From Novakomyces olei (Eukaryota): DNA of 64,000 nucleotides. The DNA lies in contig JADEYG010000012.1 of NCBI GenBank assembly GCA_016906335.1, positions 744,001 to 808,000 on the forward strand, written 5' to 3'. The notes under the pieces were generated by a model, which did not search any database, had not been told where the DNA came from, and saw nothing but the letters and a program-made list of their open reading frames with translations. Below, one piece after another: positions 61,658 through 64,000 of the stretch; the stretch's first letter is position 1; each line of letters starts with the position of its first letter. Made by a program: the position numbers and the translations under genes.

Positions 61658-63529
61658 ATGGCTAAAGTATTGGACTATAGCAAAGCGTTGGCTGAGCTCG
61701 AGACTTACGAGTCAGGCGATGGTCTTACTGTGCACGAGCTCATGCAGTCAACTGCCAAAACTGGCGGGTTGACTTACAATGATTTTCTCCTGCTCCCTGG
61801 GCATATCGCTTTCTCCGCGAGCAAAGTTTCACTGGAGACAAAGGTTACGAAAAACATCACTTTGAAGACACCGTTCGTGTCTTCGCCTATGGATACAGTT
61901 ACGGAAGACCAGATGGCTGTAGCTATGGCTCTTCAAGGTGGCGTTGGTATAATCCATCACAATTGCACAGCCCAAGAACAGGCGTCTATGGTACGCAAAG
62001 TCAAAAAGTTTGAGAACGGGTTCATTACCGATCCTTTTTGTTTTACCCCTAAACACATTGTCCGTGATGTGCGCGATATCAAATCAAAATACGGGTTCAG
62101 TGGCATCCCAATCACAGGTGAGTTGGTTCACTAGAATAAGAGCTTTGCCGGGTTTTCTTTGTTTCTTTGCCAGGTTTTTTCGGCTCGACAGGTTAATATG
62201 TGATGAATTACAATTATAATAACTTTCGTTCTACCAAATGACTTTGGTCGTGAGGAAAACAAGTAACTAACTGAATTACACTTGTGTCGAGAATTGACCA
62301 TCTACTTGCCCAGAATTCAATATTTGAATTCTACAACTTTTCAATTGCTCTATTTTCTGTCTGTGCTACTGGCGCAAGCGATTTTAGTACTTTGCAAAGA
62401 AAGAGGCTAATGTATAGACACGGGCAAAATTGGTGGCAAATTGCTCGGTATCGTGACAGCACGTGACGTCGAGTTCCATGACAATGACGACTCTGCTCTC
62501 TCTGAGATTATGACTACTGACGTAATCACGGCGCCACAAGGGATCACGTTGGAGAAGGCGAACAACATTCTGCGCCAGTCCAAGAAGGGCAAATTGCCCA
62601 TTGTCGATGATAAAGGCAATCTGCGATCATTGCTAGCTCGAAGCGATCTCATGAAGAATCTTAACTTTCCATTGGCCAGCAAATTGCCTGACAGCAAACA
62701 GCTTATTTGCGGAGCTGCCGTGGGCACACGGCCGGACGATAAAGATCGGCTGGCTCTTTTGGTAGAGGCCGGCTTGGATATTGTTGTGCTGGACTCCTCC
62801 AACGGAGACTCTGTCTTCCAAGTGGAAATGATAGAATGGATTAAACGCACTTTCCCTCAGCTCGATGTTATTGCCGGCAACGTGGTCACTCGACAGCAAG
62901 CTGCCCGACTGATTCAGGCCGGGGCCGATGGATTGCGTATCGGTATGGGCTCTGGTAGTGCCTGTATCACACAGGAAGTTATGGCTTGTGGTCGGCCTCA
63001 GGGCACAGCCGTCTTCCAAGTCTGTGAATTTGCTTCCCGGTTCGGAGTGCCCTGTATTGCTGATGGCGGTATTCAAAACGTGGGCCATATGGTAAAGGCA
63101 CTTGCTCTCGGAGCCAGTACGGTTATGATGGGCGGTCTTTTGGCAGGGACTCAAGAATCCCCTGGCGAGTACTATATCCGTGACGGTCAGCGCTACAAGG
63201 CCTACCGGGGAATGGGCAGTATTGCCGCTATGGAGGGTACCAAGACTACGGAAAATGCCGCTACCGGCCGTTACTTTTCTGAGGACGATGTGGTGCGTGT
63301 GGCCCAGGGAGTCAGTGGACTAGTGGCAGACAAAGGCTCCCTGTCCCGTTTTATTCCATACTTGTACACGGGCATTCAGCACGCTTTGCAGGATGCTGGA
63401 GCGCAGGGCGTTACCGAGTTTCAGGTGCGGGTCTTAAACGGTGACCAGCGGTTCGAACTGCGTAGCAGTGCTGCCCTGCGGGAGGGAGATATTGTTGGAT
63501 TTGCGACATACGAAAAGCGACTTTATTAG
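61658..63529 (+). CDS. gua1 (IMPDH): Inosine-5'-monophosphate dehydrogenase; exons 61658-62117, 62418-63529
   Basis: [24 protein letters not shown] pair, [12 protein letters not shown] catalytic loop, YRGMGS, VAQGVSG. Confidence 0.97.
62196..62278 (+). ncRNA. snR54: Intronic box C/D snoRNA, snR54 homologue (guide for 18S rRNA 2'-O-methylation)
   Basis: Box C GTGATGA 62200-62206; guide TAACTTTCGTTCT 62220-62232, complementary to 18S AGAACGAAAGTTA; C' GTGAGGA 62250-62256; D CTGA 62271-62274. Budding-yeast snR54 also lies in an IMPDH (IMD4) intron. Confidence 0.9.
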
Positions 63530-64000
63530 GTGATTGCAATAGAATGGTAATAGTAATAATATTATAGTAATAATAACGTAGCGATAATGATCTTGAAATC
63601 GCAATGATTGAGCAATAAGTTGGGCAATAATAGTAGATGCTGGAAAGAATTTTGAAAATATATAGACAGATTTTGACCCTAACCCTGACCCAGTTTGTCA
63701 TTAGATATTAGGCAGTAATTGAGGCAATCGTTAAACTAAACTCTGAATGTTCAAAGGCACATCTATAATCCAGCAAATACAGATACAAACAAGGCACTAT
63801 TGCTGACTTCTCTGGCAACCAAGTCTGCATGCAAAATTATAACTGTTGAAGCGCCATGTTTGGCCGGCCTATGTGTAAAAAATCTGTGCACTTAATATGC
63901 CAGAGTTGTCTGGCCTCAGCTGCACCCAATGCGCACTGAATCCCTCGGGAAACACAAACGTTGCAATGGTCGAGTCATTGTCCCATTGCAATTTCTTATA

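Overview
Gene-dense, intron-rich fungal nuclear DNA. Protein similarities I recall (IMPDH ending [10 protein letters not shown], the Prp8 N-terminus, Spc34, Rad54 ending QYISH), many 35-50 nt introns and Homol-D/Homol-E boxes point to a Taphrinomycotina yeast related to Schizosaccharomyces. It is probably not S. pombe, since it encodes quinolinate phosphoribosyltransferase; this placement is inference. I reconstructed 26 protein-coding genes with about 51 introns by hand: PIP5K, UGGT, Spc34, Rpn3, Ubc4, an orphan, a sulfotransferase-like protein, TMEM19, a small hydrophilic protein, transgelin, a CCCH protein, UsgS-like, Rad54, a sulfate permease, Chl1, WDR24/Sea2, Sys1, Prp8, Rps19, a ubiquitin-like protein, kinesin-8, Mri1, Bna6, MsrA, IQGAP and IMPDH. 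An snR54-type C/D snoRNA lies in the IMPDH intron. Most notable: three GC-AG introns with the same GCAAGT donor; relaxed branch-site and acceptor usage; an intronless orphan that resembles bacterial nuclease-A inhibitors (NuiA) by eye; an altered IMPDH NAD/mycophenolate-site motif; a Homol-E/Homol-D ribosomal-protein promoter; and unrelated short tandem arrays at many gene boundaries. No transposon, tRNA, rRNA or CRISPR was recognised. No searches were run; all calls are from reading the sequence.
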